DNA from: Octopus sinensis
Taxonomy: Eukaryota
NCBI RefSeq assembly: GCF_006345805.1
Contig: NC_042997.1
Coordinates: 126,294,001 to 126,358,000 of the forward strand
DNA length: 64,000 bases
Direction: 5' to 3'
Each line of letters opens with the position of its first letter. The first letter of the stretch is position 1. The position numbers and the translations under genes were made by a program. Below, one piece after another: positions 39,267 through 53,239 of the stretch. Under the pieces are notes generated by a model. The model was not told where the DNA came from. It did not search any database and saw only the letters and a list, made by a program, of their open reading frames with translations.

Positions 39267-40551
39267 CTGGGTCATCCAATAAGTAATACAGTTTTTGCAA
39301 TTGCATGAACTAAAAGTTGGAGGGAGATGGAATAAACTATCTGCATCAGTTTGCTATAAAAGCAGGTAGTAATTTTATCTTTTCCTTGTTCTTAGTACAA
39401 GTTTTGAAGAGTGCAGTTCGACTTTAACAATTATTTTTTCAAAGCTATAATGGAAGTGACAAAGGAGCATATTCGGCATATTTTGTTTTCTGAGTTCAAT
39501 AAAAGCAACAATACAATAGAAAGTATGAGGAATATTAATACAGTATATGGGGATTGGACAATAAGCATAAGCTCGAGTCAATGGTGGTTCCAGAAATTCT
39601 GAGCCAGAAACTACAGCCTAGAAGATGAGCCTTGTCCTAGAAGAACTGCAGAGCACAATGATGATGTCCAGCAAACTTTGCGGGAAAAAATCCTATTGTA
39701 ACTATTGAGGAATTAGCAGAGAAGCTTGGATTTAGTCAGTCAACCATTCATTGACACCTGTGTGCCATTGGAAAAGTCAGCAAATTGGGTCAGTAGGTTC
39801 CTCACAAACTTTCTGAGTCTAATTGCATGCAAAAAGTGAATGCTTGCTCTTCTTTGCTGTCACATCTCACGAATGAACCTGTTTTAGACCAAATAGTGAC
39901 TAGTGATGAGAAATAGGTTCTCTATAAAAATGTCAAGTGCTGAAGACAGTGGGTATGGAAAAGAGAAACACTGGCACCCCAGGCTAAAGAAGGTCTTCTC
40001 TCAAGTAAGGTGTTGTTATCTGTTTGGTGGGATATGAAAGGTTTAGCCCACTTTGAACTTTTAAACCCAAACCAAACAATAACAAAGGAGATCCACTATG
40101 AGCAGCTTGAGTGGCTTAAGTCAGTGCTAGAAGAAAAATGACCATCTTTGGTTTCAAGACGAAAGGTGTTCTTCTATCAAGATAATACTCAGCCACATAC
40201 ACTAAGGATGACATTCCAAAAGTTAGAGCAGTTTGAATGGTAAACAATGCCTCACCCACCATATTCGCCAGACATTGCCCCATCTGATTATCATTTATTC
40301 TGGAGTCTTCAGAATCATTTGAACAGAAAAAATATGAATTCTGTAGACAAGGTCAGAACAGTATTGGAGGAGTAATTTTTGTCACAGACAAGTGAATTTT
40401 GGAAGAGGGGCTTTGCAAGTCTACCAGATAGATGAAAGAGCATCATAAAAAATGAAGGAGAGTATATTTTAGATTAAAAATGAACTTTGTTTATCTTAAA
40501 TTTGAAAAATTAAGAAGTATACAAAACTGCATTTTTTATGGGATGACCCAA
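39267..40551 (+). mobile_element. Full-length decayed mariner (D,D34D) DNA transposon
   Basis: TIRs CTGGGTCATCCAATAAG / TTATGGGATGACCCAA with TA flanks; transposase from 39389 (MEVTKEHIRHIL) with VPHKL, IVTSDEK, QDN, HPPYSPDIAPSDYHLF; multiple stops. Confidence 0.95.
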
Positions 40552-40572
40552 TATATATATATATGGGATGAC

Positions 40573-40614
<42 letters not shown>

Positions 40615-40619
<5 letters not shown>

Positions 40620-41210
40620 CTTAGCGGTTTTTTGTCTACCGTTATGTTCTGAGTTCAAATTCTGCCAAGGTCGAATTTGCCTTTCAACCTTTCGGGGTCG
40701 ATAAATCAAGTACCAGTTGCTCACTGGGGGTCGATGTAATCGACTTAATCCCTTTGTCTGTCCTTGTTTGTCTCCTCTATGTTTAGCCCCTTGTGGGTAA
40801 TAAAGAAATAAGAAGCTTGCTTACCAGCCGCAAGGTTCCGGGTTCAGTCCCACTGCGTGGCACCTTGGGCAACTGTTTTCTACTATAACCTCGGGCTGAC
40901 TAAAGCCCTGTGAGTGGATCTGGTAGACGGAAATTGAAAGAAGCCTGTCATGTATATGTATATATATATATATTTATATATACATGTATGTGTGTGTATA
41001 TGTTTGTGTGTCTGTGTTTGTCCCCCCAACATCGCTTGATAACCGATGCTGGTGTGTTTACATCCCTGTAACTTAGCAGTTCGGTAAAAGAGACCGATAG
41101 AATAAGTACTAAGCTTACAAAGAATAAGTCCTGGGGGTCGATTTGCTTGACTAAAATGCGGTGCTCCAGCATGGGCACAGTCAAATGACTGAAACAAGTA
41201 AAAGAGTAAC
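40615..41210 (+). mobile_element. 5'-truncated SINE B fused directly to a SINE A lacking its first ~25 nt
   Basis: B tail AATAAAGAAATA joins AGAAGCTTGCTTACC at ~40812. Confidence 0.85.
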
Positions 41211-41859
41211 AATAAGGTGGACCATATACAGCCAGCTAGTTTAGAACAAGTTGCATTCTAGTATTCTACTATCACTGTTAGATGAAAGGGAAAGAACAGT
41301 GTTTGTTATGATAGGAAGCACTTTGAGATCAGGGATAGTAATGCAATATTTTGTATGAGTTAGTGTCTGTACATTGTCTGCATTGATGTATGATGTTTGT
41401 AATACTGAAGTGCAAAGTTACAGACTGAATGGTCATGAGTTCAAATCTTATATATATTAATCATATTGTGTCCTAGGAATAGGTAAATAATTCTGTCATC
41501 CTCAGTATACATGACTGAAGAAAAACTATATTTCTATTTCACAGTTGGCTGGTTTGCAGTATGAAAGACATCCAAGTGTAAAAATAATTGCTCTTTCAAT
41601 ATGTAAATGTGTAAATCAGCAGAAAGCATTGTACCTATATTGCCATCAAAAATTGTATGTGATATAGCAATTATAAATAAAATAAAAGTAAAGTACACAC
41701 ACACACACATACACTCACACACACATTTATCAGAATATGTATGAGTTTGTTTCAATTTTACATACAAGGAAAAAGAACTCAATACATGAACTAGAGAATA
41801 TATAATCTTTTATTAACTGTGAAACAGTACTGGAATCACTTAATGGCTGAGGATTTTTG

Positions 41860-43060
41860 GCTAAGACACTTATCAAACTGGTGATTAAGAAATAGATAAT
41901 AAAAGATAATGAGCTTGTCAGTACCTTGCTATGTTACGTGACAAAGGAATTTGTATAAGGGCCAAAATCAAGGTTTGTGATAATTGGGTGATAAGAATCA
42001 TGAAGCTTTAACGAAGGCAGGATATAAGGATGGGATTAGATTCTACAGTAACAATATAAATAGTAACAATTATATAAAAGATAATAACGTTAAAGACCCT
42101 GATAATACTTATATAGATAAAAATAGAAATGAAAATGAAATTAAAATAAAAATAAAAACAAAATTAATAATAATTATAATAACTCTAATAGAGAAAAATA
42201 TCGGGATTTTATCAAATACAGGGAGTATACAAAAAACACAAAAATATAAATGATATAAAGAATAAAAACAAAAATAGAAATATAAAGAAATATATAAGAC
42301 TAAATGGTAGGTATAACTCAGATCCACTTATAAATAATAATGATAATAAATATATGAGAACTAGTAACATAAACATAAATAAAAATAGTAAAAAATCTGG
42401 TTGATCATTCCTTATGGTATCCAGGTTAAAAGTAATATTATAAAAGAAATCACTAAAATAATAGAATTATTTATTATCGAAAATACAAAATACAGTAATA
42501 TTTTTTCTAAAAATAATATAGGAGTAGGATATTCAACTACTAGTAATGTAGGTGATATTATCTCATCATTAAATGAATATAAGCTGAATAAATTTTATCT
42601 CAATAAACTAAATAATATCCCAATAATAATGGTAATAACTCAGCAAATTAGTAATTGTAGGGATAAAAATAATTTTAAACTTAATAATAAATGTAACTTA
42701 AATGAGGTAGTATATAAATGTGTGGTGTCTTTAAACGAAGATAGGAATGGTCAAAGGGAAAGTAATAATAATAATAATGCCAAAAATTCATATACGACAT
42801 ACATTGGATCTACATCGAATAAAATTAAACAAAGGATAGTGCAGAATTTGTACTCTTTTAAAAATAAAATAAATTGATGAACTCGACAGGCTTAAGTAAA
42901 TATATTTGGGTCTAAAATCTAAAGAAATTAAATACAAACTAAAGTGTGAGATGTGTAAAACTAAATCATATGGAATAGGGAATAAATTCTGTCTGTTGTG
43001 TACTAGGATGAAAGAAAAATTAAATGCAAGCATAAGCTGAATTGTTTAATTAAGATGAGA
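41860..43060 (+). mobile_element. Very AT-rich decayed Penelope-like element (thumb/linker and GIY-YIG)
   Basis: EALTKAGY; PY..QVKSNI.K; IFSKNNIGVGYS; KCNLNEVVYKC...YIGSTSNKIKQR; LSKYIW; FCLLC. Confidence 0.85.
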
Positions 43061-43814
43061 TAAGATTTGATTCTTTAGTAAATAAACAAAACCTAATTTT
43101 AAAGGATTAAAATTCAGTCATATTTTTAAGATAAAAGTTATAAGTATATACCATTATTTAATATAATTAAAATGTAGTAGTCATACAAAAATATAAGATA
43201 TTATTTGGTTAATTTCAGATATTTTAGATATTTTATGAAATTTTTAGTCGTACGTTACACTATTTTAGTTGAAATTTTTAAACTTAAATTTAGAAACTTA
43301 ATCTAAATGTAATGTCTAATTTTTAAGAATGATAGTATAAGTGATAGATATTAGATAATATAGAATTTATATAAACATATAAAAAAAGTAAATTTTTATG
43401 TATCTCAAAATATTTGAATTGGGGGTATAAAGAAGGAACTTACTGTTTGAGTGTTGGGAGGCATGGTTGATTGTTGGTGGTAGCAGGTGGGTCAAGTGGA
43501 ATAGCTAATGAGGGGATTGGCCTGTTCCCATGATACATTTCTTTCCGGTTCCCCTGACTGTATTATGTTAATTATGGGGTGGATTATCTTGTAACATTCA
43601 TACATGGTAAATGTATAAAGTAATAAATACATTCTAAGAACTCTCTAATATTAATTAGAATTACCTCTCTTACATTGGAATTATAAAGAGTGGATTGTAC
43701 ATTATTTGCAAGATGTAGCCATGTTTTAATTTTCGCAGGGAGAGAACCACAAATAGATAAGTTAACATTCGTTTTGTTCATTATTTTAATTTTTATTTCG
43801 TATTTTTTTTCATA

Positions 43815-43881
43815 TTTTGTGAGTGGATTTGGTAGACAGAAACTGAAAGAAGCCTGTCGTATATATATATATGTGTATATA

Positions 43882-43928
<47 letters not shown>

Positions 43929-44154
43929 CTATATGTGTTTGTGTGTCTGTGTTTGTCCCCCAACATTGCTTGACAACTGATGTGGGTGTGTTTACGTCCC
44001 TGTAACTTAGCGGTTCGTCAAAAGAGATGGATAGAATAAGTACTAGGCTTACAAAGAATAAGTCCTGGGGTTGATATGCTCGACTAAAGGTGGTGCTCCA
44101 GCATGGCCGCAGTCAAATGACTGAAACAAGTAAAAGAGTAAAAGAGTAAAAGAG

Positions 44155-44156
<2 letters not shown>
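43815..44156 (+). mobile_element. SINE family A, 5'-truncated
   Basis: Family A body and AAAAGAGT tail. Confidence 0.85.
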
Positions 44157-44215
<59 letters not shown>

Positions 44216-44590
44216 GTAAATATATATATAATTATGATTTAGAATATCTAAGAGATACCACCAGGCTGGAAATAGTTGCCAAAACTTGACTCTAAAATCA
44301 TGCCTTTATACTCTCAGAGTGGTTGGTGTTAGGAAGGGCATCCAGCCATCGAAAACCATGCCAAATCAGACTGGAGTCTCATGCAGTCTTCCAAGTTTTG
44401 GCTGCTATTTCCAGCGTGCTGGTATCTCTTAGATACCCTAAATTATAATTTTAATAATAATTATTACCTTTGAAGATTTTTATTCTCAAGCTGGTCACCT
44501 GATAAGATCGGTATTTAAATAACCATCTTATCCTTATTTATATTTATTTATATATATATGCACACACACACATATACATGCACACACACA

Positions 44591-44641
<51 letters not shown>

Positions 44642-45533
44642 TCTCTGTATATACTTATATTTATATACTTATATATACATATGTATACCTTAAAGGGATT
44701 GCTCAGTACTTTGAAATACTCTGTTACTTCTGCTAAATATTAATAAAAATATATGTATGTATACTTCAGTTTTGCCATAGAGGACAAATAACTCCCTCCC
44801 TAACTCACAGATTAAACTCTATTCTGAAATAAATCCAAAGAGCTGTCATTTTGCGTGTAAAACTAACGGAAACTAACAAGAGACATTGGATAGTCATAAA
44901 AGGCTGTTATGTTTATGCAATTTCACTGAAAAAGAAGGACCTGATTGAAAGGTTCTGATTGGCCACTCACTCTACTGCTAACTAATCACCATGAAATTTC
45001 ATTTAAAGCCTCTATTAGATGCCTTATTAAACCAGGCACGTCGATTTAAATGTTTAATGCCAGTTTTGACAGTTGGTTCAATTAAATAAATTATTGATGT
45101 GTTGGTGGATTTTGTTTTTCATATCAAGGTTTACTCTGAAGGTTAAATTCATAGATTTTTAACTGTTGCTGTATGTGTGAACTAATTAAAATTAATTACA
45201 TACATTTGGACAGCCGTAAACAGTTGGTGTGTTGATACAATTTCATCATGGTCAGTAGTTTACATACACACAGCGACCAAAATCTGTGGATTTATGCCAT
45301 AGCAAAATTTAGTATGGAAATATAACTTGCTAACAACTCAGTAATATAATGTATTATGCAAGAAATTACACACACACACACACACACACATACACACACA
45401 CATACACACACACATACACACACACATACACACACATACACACACATACACACACATACACACACACATGCACACATACACATACACACACACATACACA
45501 CACACATACACACATACACGCACACATACACAT

Positions 45534-45577
<44 letters not shown>

Positions 45578-45762
45578 CGCTATTCAGTTTCATAAGTTAC
45601 GTTACATTCCATAACAAATGCCCGGAAAGAAAATTCATGTTATTACGCTGATAACCCAATATTACTGGTGTGTAGACTATAACAGTCTTAGTCTCTGGAT
45701 AAATAACATATGATAAGTGACTAAAATGTGAAATGATTTACTTTTTGAGTATCTTTACCATG

Positions 45763-46100
45763 AAGGCGCATGGCTCAGTGGTTAGAGTGTCAGGCTCACA
45801 ACTATGAGGTAGTGAGTTCAATTCCCAGACTGGGCTGTGTGTTGTGCTCTTGAACAAGACACTTCATTTCACGCTATTTCAGTTCATTCAGTTGCAGGAA
45901 TGAGTTGCGAGGTCACTGGTGCCAAGCTGTAGCAACCTTTATCTTTCCCTTGGATAACATCGGTGGTATAGAGAAGGGTGGCTGGTATGCACGGGCAACT
46001 TCTGGTCTTCCATAAACAACCTTACCTGGACTTCTACCTGAGGGGAGAACTTTCTAGGTGCAATCCCATGGTCAGTCATGACCAAAGGGGGTCTTAACCC
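45763..46100 (+). mobile_element. SINE family D, full length
   Basis: GGCGCATGGCTCAGTGGTTAGAG...GAGTTCAATTCC head. Confidence 0.85.
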
Positions 46101-46310
46101 TTTATATTTACACGTGTGTCAGTGATGTCTACATAATGGTTACATTAAATAAATTTCATGCAATTTTTTGTGTAAAAATGTAATTAGTAAATAAATCATT
46201 CTACACTTTATTCTCCTGTTTTGTATATATGTGTGTTTTTGCATATGTATCATGCATATATGTATTATGTATGTGTGTATTGTGTATGTGTGTGTGTGTG
46301 TATATATATC

Positions 46311-46530
46311 TCTTTTACTTGTTTCAGTCATTTGACTGTGGCCATGGTGGAGCACCACCTTTAGTCGAGCAAATCGACCCCAGGACTTATTCTTTGGAAG
46401 CCTAGTACTTATTCTATCTGTCTCTTTTGCCGAACCGATAAGTTACAGGGACATAAACACACCAGCATCAGTTGTCAAGCGATGTTGGGGGACAAACACA
46501 GACACACAAACATATACACATACATACATA

Positions 46531-46615
<85 letters not shown>

Positions 46616-46783
46616 TATATACGATGGGCTTCTTTCAGTTTCCGTCAACCAAATCCACTCACAAGGCTTTGGTCAACCTGAGGATATAGTATAAGACACT
46701 TGCCCAAGGTGCCACGCAGTGGGACTGAGCCTGGAACAATGTGGTTGGTAAGCAAGCTACTTACCACAAAGCCACTCTTGCGC
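46311..46783 (-). mobile_element. SINE family A, full length
   Basis: Family A consensus, reverse strand. Confidence 0.9.
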
Positions 46784-46799
46784 CTATATATATATATAT

Positions 46800-47130
46800 A
46801 TCATCATCATCATCATCATTTAACATCCGTTGACCATGCTGGCATGGTTTGGATGGTTTGACCCAGGCTGGTAAGCTGGAAGGCTGCACGAGACTCCAGT
46901 CTGATTAGGCATGGTTTTCTATAGCTGGATGTCCTTCCTAATGCCAACCACTAAGAGTGTAATGGGTGCTTTTACATGCAACTGGTACAGGTGCCATTTG
47001 TGTGACACCAGTATCTGCCATGACTGTGATTTTGCTTGGCTTGATGAGTCATCTTCCTTCTCAAGCACAACATAATGCCAAAGGTCTTGGTCATTGCCTC
47101 TGTGCAGCCCAACACTCGAAAGGAACTCAG
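46800..47130 (-). mobile_element. Repeat family C
   Basis: Family C hallmarks. Confidence 0.75.
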
Positions 47131-47131
47131 T

Positions 47132-47230
<99 letters not shown>

Positions 47231-47430
47231 GGTGATATCACAAGGCTCCTAGACTAGTTATGTTTAATAAATGATAACTTATTTACCTAAGTTTCAAATT
47301 GATCTAATGTTTTCATTGCGAGATTAAATGGAGCTGCTCGAAACAGCTGTAATGCACTGGTACCTGGACATCTTTGTTACTTATTTGCTTTTCCTCTGTC
47401 TTCCCTTCTCTGGATCTTTCCTTCTCTTAT

Positions 47431-47465
47431 GTTTCTGACGAAGAGCTCCGCTCGAAACGTTAAAC
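47431..47465 (+). ncRNA. Minimal type I hammerhead ribozyme motif with intact core
   Basis: GTTT-CTGACGA-A-GAGC tcc GCTC-GAAA-CG-T-T-AAAC; palindromic ACGT stem III; GUU cleavage triplet. Confidence 0.72.
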
Positions 47466-47736
47466 CCTCCCCCTTTCCTGAGCGTCTAATAATACTATAT
47501 TTGTTCCACATCCTCGCGTTGTGTTTTTTGTGCTTTCATGTTTGGATTAACTTTATATATATACATACATATATATGATGGGCTTCCTTCAGTTTCCATC
47601 TACCAAATCCACTCACAAGGATTTGGTCGGCCCGAGACTATAGTAAAAGACACTTGCCCAAGGTGCCATGCAGTGGCACTGAATCCAGAACCACGAGGTT
47701 AGTAATCAAGCTACTTGCTACACAACCATTCCTGCA

Positions 47737-47778
<42 letters not shown>

Positions 47779-47984
47779 TATATGTGTGTGTGCATGCATC
47801 GTATATAAGTATACTCTCTACCTATACATATTTCATCTCAACGATTTTTGAATTTATGTTTTGTATACATGTTGTGTTATTAACATTATATCTTTAAAAC
47901 TTTCAACTCATATACTACATAATGCTTTACAAGCAGACCTGGTTGGTAGTTGCCTTACAAGCTTACAGGTGTTGATGCTGTGTA

Positions 47985-48243
47985 AAAAGTACCCGTGCAG
48001 GTGCCACATAAAACCACCCATGCCTGTGCCATGTACAAAGGACTTGTACCAATGCCACGTAAAAAGCACCCTGTATACTCAGTAAAGTGTTCGACATTAG
48101 AAAGGGCATATAGCCCAAGAAGTTACGTGAAAACAGACAATTGGAGCCTGGTACAGCTCTCTGGTTGGCCAGCTCCTGTTAATCCGTCCAACATGGAAAA
48201 TGCCAGCATGGAAAATGGCTGTTAAGTGATGATGATGATGATA

Positions 48244-48285
<42 letters not shown>

Positions 48286-48290
48286 GTGAT
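47985..48290 (+). mobile_element. Repeat family C variant followed by (GAT)n(GGT)n(ATT)n
   Basis: Family C hallmarks. Confidence 0.75.
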
Positions 48291-48385
48291 GGTGGTGGTG
48301 GTGATGGTGGTAGTGGTGGTGGTGATGGTGGTGGTGGCGGCGGCGGCGGCGGCGACGACGTCGACGGTTGTTGTTGTTCTTGTTG

Positions 48386-48453
<68 letters not shown>

Positions 48454-48532
48454 GCACCAATTGGATTAAAATCTTGGATTTAAACACTAGGATTTCATGT
48501 AATTTTTGTTGTATTTTGTGCTGATTAAAAAA

Positions 48533-48629
<97 letters not shown>

Positions 48630-49224
48630 ACTATCTATCTATCTATCTATCTATCTATATATCCATCTGTCTATCAATATAATATATGTATATTATGCGC
48701 GTGTGTATATATATATGTGTGTGTGTGTCTGTGCATGTGTGTGGGTGTAGAGATATGTTTATATAAAGATATATATTTAAAAAGCTCACTTTATATAGTA
48801 GCATGGAAAAAACATAAAATAGAGATTTTTAGTTTAGCATCTTACAGCAGTCGTTGGTTAAGGCATTATTTTGAGTGGCTGTTCCAAATTCATGATTTTT
48901 AAAGAATTTGAATAGCGACTAAGTGTATTATAGTTATGGTGAATGTGAAATGCTGAATGGCTGTTTTGTTTTAGTCACATGAGGCTTTAAAATTTGTCTT
49001 TAGTCATAGGTGGATGTATAATTATGAATAGTTGTTTAAGGCATTTGAATAATGATTAAATGCCTGAAATCATTGGGGAATGTACTTTTTTTTTAATATG
49101 GTATCATAGTTTGTTATACTTTGTTGCATTTTTAAATAAATCGTCATCGTTTAATGTCTGCTTTCCATGCTAGCAGAAAATCTTGTACCTGTGTTCTTTG
49201 CTTGTGAGGAACCTAGCAGAATTT

Positions 49225-49360
49225 CCTCCCTTCTTGGATGCAGCACATATCAACATATCTCTGTTCAAGCTTCTCAACAATCTCACCAGACCTACCTTTC
49301 AGTGTGCCAACATTGAGAGTGCCAACCCTGAGGGTGTGGGAGGTATGGGGACCTGATACC
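49225..49360 (-). mobile_element. RTE LINE AP-endonuclease N-terminus (49360-50250 may be its 5' UTR)
   Basis: Minus strand TLRVGTLNVGTLKGRSGEIVEKLEQRYVDMCCIQE matches the APE motif (T.NV..L ... D...IQE). Confidence 0.75.
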
Positions 49361-50254
49361 CTGGGACGAGGGGACAGTAGCATCATCTACCTGAAAGGAG
49401 AGCTTGCATTTGGCAGAATTCCTAAACAAACAATAGCCATTACTTCAACCTGCGTACACTACACTATCATATTTTTGCACTATCTGATCACTACCTTATA
49501 TAGTAGGGTGGGGATGGCGTAAGCCTTTACGAGTGTTCATGGGAGACAACCAAAGGTTGGCAAAACATATAGGGACTTCCGGTACAGGTGGAGGGGGTGG
49601 AAGTCGGGTGTACCGCCAACTAGCAATTTTGATGAGAATGAAAGCATCTCCTGGACACGTATTCTTTTGGCGGAGGTGTTAAGAATCGAGTAAGGGAGTC
49701 AGCGTATGTGCACTAGTTTATATAGGGTGGTGGTGGTGGAAGTAGGAAGTCTTGGTGAGGCGACTGATCATCGAAAGAGAGAGAGAGAGAGAGAGAGGGG
49801 GGGGGAGGGGGCAGGACATGATGGATAAAAGATATTCTTTCGGGATTTGTGTGGCATAGTTAATTTAACGAGACGGCAAATGTTGATAATAGTAAATAAA
49901 ATTGAAGAATCTGTGAGCTAGTCTAAGACAAAGTTAGAGGAGAATGTCTGTGTAATAAACTTTAATAGATGAATGAATGAATATGTTTCGGTTAAGGAAA
50001 TGCGTGAACTAATGTTATCTTAGGCAACAACAAGGAAGACGAAACTATAGAACTATATTTACATGATGACATGGTGCTGAAATAGACAGAATAATGAAAA
50101 GGAGCTAATAAGGGGTTTATAATCTGCACAAAAATAGAAGAGTAGACGACGGGGTTGAAAAAAGCAGACTTATCTGGGCATTTTCTGGGATTCGTATTTT
50201 CAGCTGAGATATTGAAATCGAGCGAGTCACCATGAGGGTGGTGGTGGTGGAAGC

Positions 50255-52720
50255 ATTTTTAAATAAATAGATCTTCTTTAACTAGGTTTGGTTGGTAGTT
50301 TTGTCAGAACACAGGTATAATAGGAAGAATTGGTATTTTGGGAATTTATTGCACATTAGCCCAAATGCTCATGTACAAGTATTTGTCTGCTCATGAGATC
50401 CTGTATTTGTTGATGATGAACTGTGAATATATTTCTCATAAGGGAAATGACTTTTTATGATAAAATTTTTTCCTAATTTTTCCTAAATTAAACTCTTACT
50501 ATATACCTTAAGGTTAATGCAGACTCTGCATTTGGGATGACCGTTCTTTTTTGTGGTTAGGATTGCATGTTTAATGAGTGTGGTAAATAACTGTTTTCAA
50601 GAATTTTGGTTGACTTTTGCTTTTGATTGACTAGCATCAAACTCTTTCCATTTTGAGTTCAAACCCTGCTGAGGCCAAGAGTGATAAAATAAACGACCAG
50701 TCAAAAATTGGGGTTGATGTGATTGATTAACTCTTCTTCTAAATATTGCTCATCCTTGTGCCCAAATCAGAAACCATTATTTTGTGTGTTTGAGTTCTGT
50801 TTTGATTTTTGGATTCTAACTTAATGACAGAATATCCTGGAGGATGATGTTGCATGTTTCTGTATTTCATGGCTTGTATGTTTATATATCATCATCATTT
50901 AACGTTTGATTTCCATGCTAGCATGGGTTGGACGATTTGACTGAGAACTGGCAAACCAGATGGCTGCACCAGGCTCCAATCTGATCTGACAGAGTTTCTA
51001 CTGCTGGATGCCCTTCCTAACGCCAACCACTCCAAGAGTGTAGTGGATGCTTTTACATGCCACCGGCACAAGGGCCAGTCTGGCGGTACTGGCAACGGCC
51101 AACTAAAGTATCAGAAGCATCTTTTGTCCTCATCATTTCTGAATGCCCATTGTTTTGACATTACTGTGTACAGTCTTTCAAGTAGCATTCTCTTGAACTC
51201 TTGAAATTTTTTATTCCAAGCCTAAAATTTAGAAACTATTTCACAGGATTTTCTTGCCAGATTAAATGGTATATTTGTTTTTGAAAGTTTTTGGATGACA
51301 TGGATTAACTATTAAGTATTGCTTTTAAATCTGTTGCTTTGAAGTGGATGTCATTTTTGAAGTTTATATTTATTGCAATGATTAAATGACAAGAAAGAGA
51401 AGCTGTTTTTGAATTCATTCTATTCTGAACTTAATATTATCTGGACAATTAAATCTGAGTTTTGAATTTACTGAGTTGGTTGAAATTGTGTATGCGCGTA
51501 TCCACAGAATAAAACAATCATCCAAAGTCCATTTACAATTGTTAAATAAATATTTATGGAAATTGATGCTGGACCTTATTATAGATTGTTTGTATATTGG
51601 ATTTATAAGTATGTCATGACTAGATTAGCATAAGTTGGGCCAAATGTTCCTATTGCAGTACCAAATACATGCAAGCAAATATTGGTACTGAATAATTATT
51701 TAGTAGAATGAATTTTATTCCTTTAACAATTAATTTTTCCCTTTTCAAGAATTCCATAAGGAAAGTTTTCAAGCTCATTCATATAGAATTGTAATATAGA
51801 AGCTTCCCACATCAAATTATCTCTTTGTTTAACTTCTTTCAGAAGTTGGATTAACAGCTCTAAGTCATTTCTTATGAAACTTGGCATATGTTGTAGAATA
51901 AGTTTCAATAGAACATTTAGAAAGTTACTGAGTCTGTGTCTTTCACAGAGTGGCTCACTACAGCTGGCCCAAATTTTAGGTGATAGCATGTAGTGTGTTA
52001 ATGCATTCTTAAGGTGATTTCTTTTATAGGCATCATTCTTGTGGATTCTGGAAAATCTGTAGAAGTTACTGGTTTTGCATTCAAAGTTCATTATATAGTC
52101 ACATTCCTTGTTTGGTAAACTTTGTCAGAGTCAGTGAATTAAGGGGTTGAATTTCATGAATTTTGATGATTGGAAATTGTTTATCGTTTCATAAAAGATG
52201 ATATCTTGTAAGAGAGATAATATGGTATTTTTGTAGAGTCCAATAACCATAATGATTACAGAACTTCTCTTATCTGCTTTTTCAATCACAGTATCATTGT
52301 TTTTGAGTATACACAAAATTTCCTGTTCCTTTTGACTGGTGTTTGATTAAAATGTTGGATGTGATAGTTTATCAGACAGAAAAGTTGTTGCAGAATCACA
52401 ACAGAATCACATTTTGTAATGCTTTGTTTAAACCTCTTGTTGGTGAGTAATTACTTCTTTCATTACATAGGATTTATCATTCTCTTCTTAGTCGAATAGT
52501 TCTGCAGGACATAATTTTCTACAAATATTCTTCCTTTTCTTTCTTTTAAATTAGTGCTTTGTGATGTTGGAGTGAAAACTTGTTCTTTTGAGAGAGATTG
52601 AATTCGGTTTTTTGAAAGAATTATGATTAATAGATTGATTATCTTTGGTATCTCATGATTAGTCTGCACTATTGAGTATCACAAAATCTGTTAGTTAGGT
52701 CTAAAATTGATCTTTTAAGT
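50255..52720 (-). mobile_element. Near full-length, heavily decayed Penelope-like element, interrupted by a family C copy at 50888-51100
   Basis: IEKADKRSSV, FYRFSRIHK, LSNFL..LLK, GTAIGTFGPTYANLVM, LDDCFILW, IPFNLARK, HPKCRVC on the minus strand in PLE order. Confidence 0.8.
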
Positions 52721-53239
52721 GCAACATTGTATTGGTTTTCTGTGATTATCTATTTTTCCTGTGCTTTTATCTACTTTTACCACAATTATCCTGTTTGGTT
52801 CTTGCGTACAGAAAATGGTACACTTGTCTGAAATTGTTTTTTTGGATTATAATTTCTGTCCTTCCAGAAGGTTGGTAACCCCAATTCTGGGAGGGAAATC
52901 GGTTATGTTGAAAAGGAATTCTGGATTCTTCTAGCGGACTTGTTTCATTGACTAAAGATTTTGGAATCAACATTATTGTTTTACAATAAAAACCTACAAA
53001 CACTGTACACAACTGGCAAAACAAAGTACCAAAAAGAACAAACTTATAATCACCAAGGATACAAAAGCAATATGTGCATTTTCAACTTTATTATATACAC
53101 ATCCATCCACACATATATATATATATATATGGTTTTTTTTTATAAGCTTAAAGCTTATAGTGATCATTGTGTGAATGACTAAGGAAAATAGTCTAATAAT
53201 GAGACAGAAAAAAAGTAGGCTTTCCTGTATGCATGAGAC

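Noticed and set aside
41545-41654. Second candidate plus-strand exon (LAGLQYERHPSVKIIALSICK...)
   Set aside because: Splice signals are plausible and the phase is compatible with 30891-30998, but the opposite strand is equally open and the peptide is unrecognisable; not distinguishable from chance.
44850-45300. Homeobox-site-rich (TAATTA) segment as a possible enhancer
   Set aside because: Such motifs are expected by chance in AT-rich DNA; conservation data would be needed.
47325-47355. GAGC-TGCTC-GAAA-CAGCTG-TA partial hammerhead
   Set aside because: No CUGANGA core or stem I upstream.
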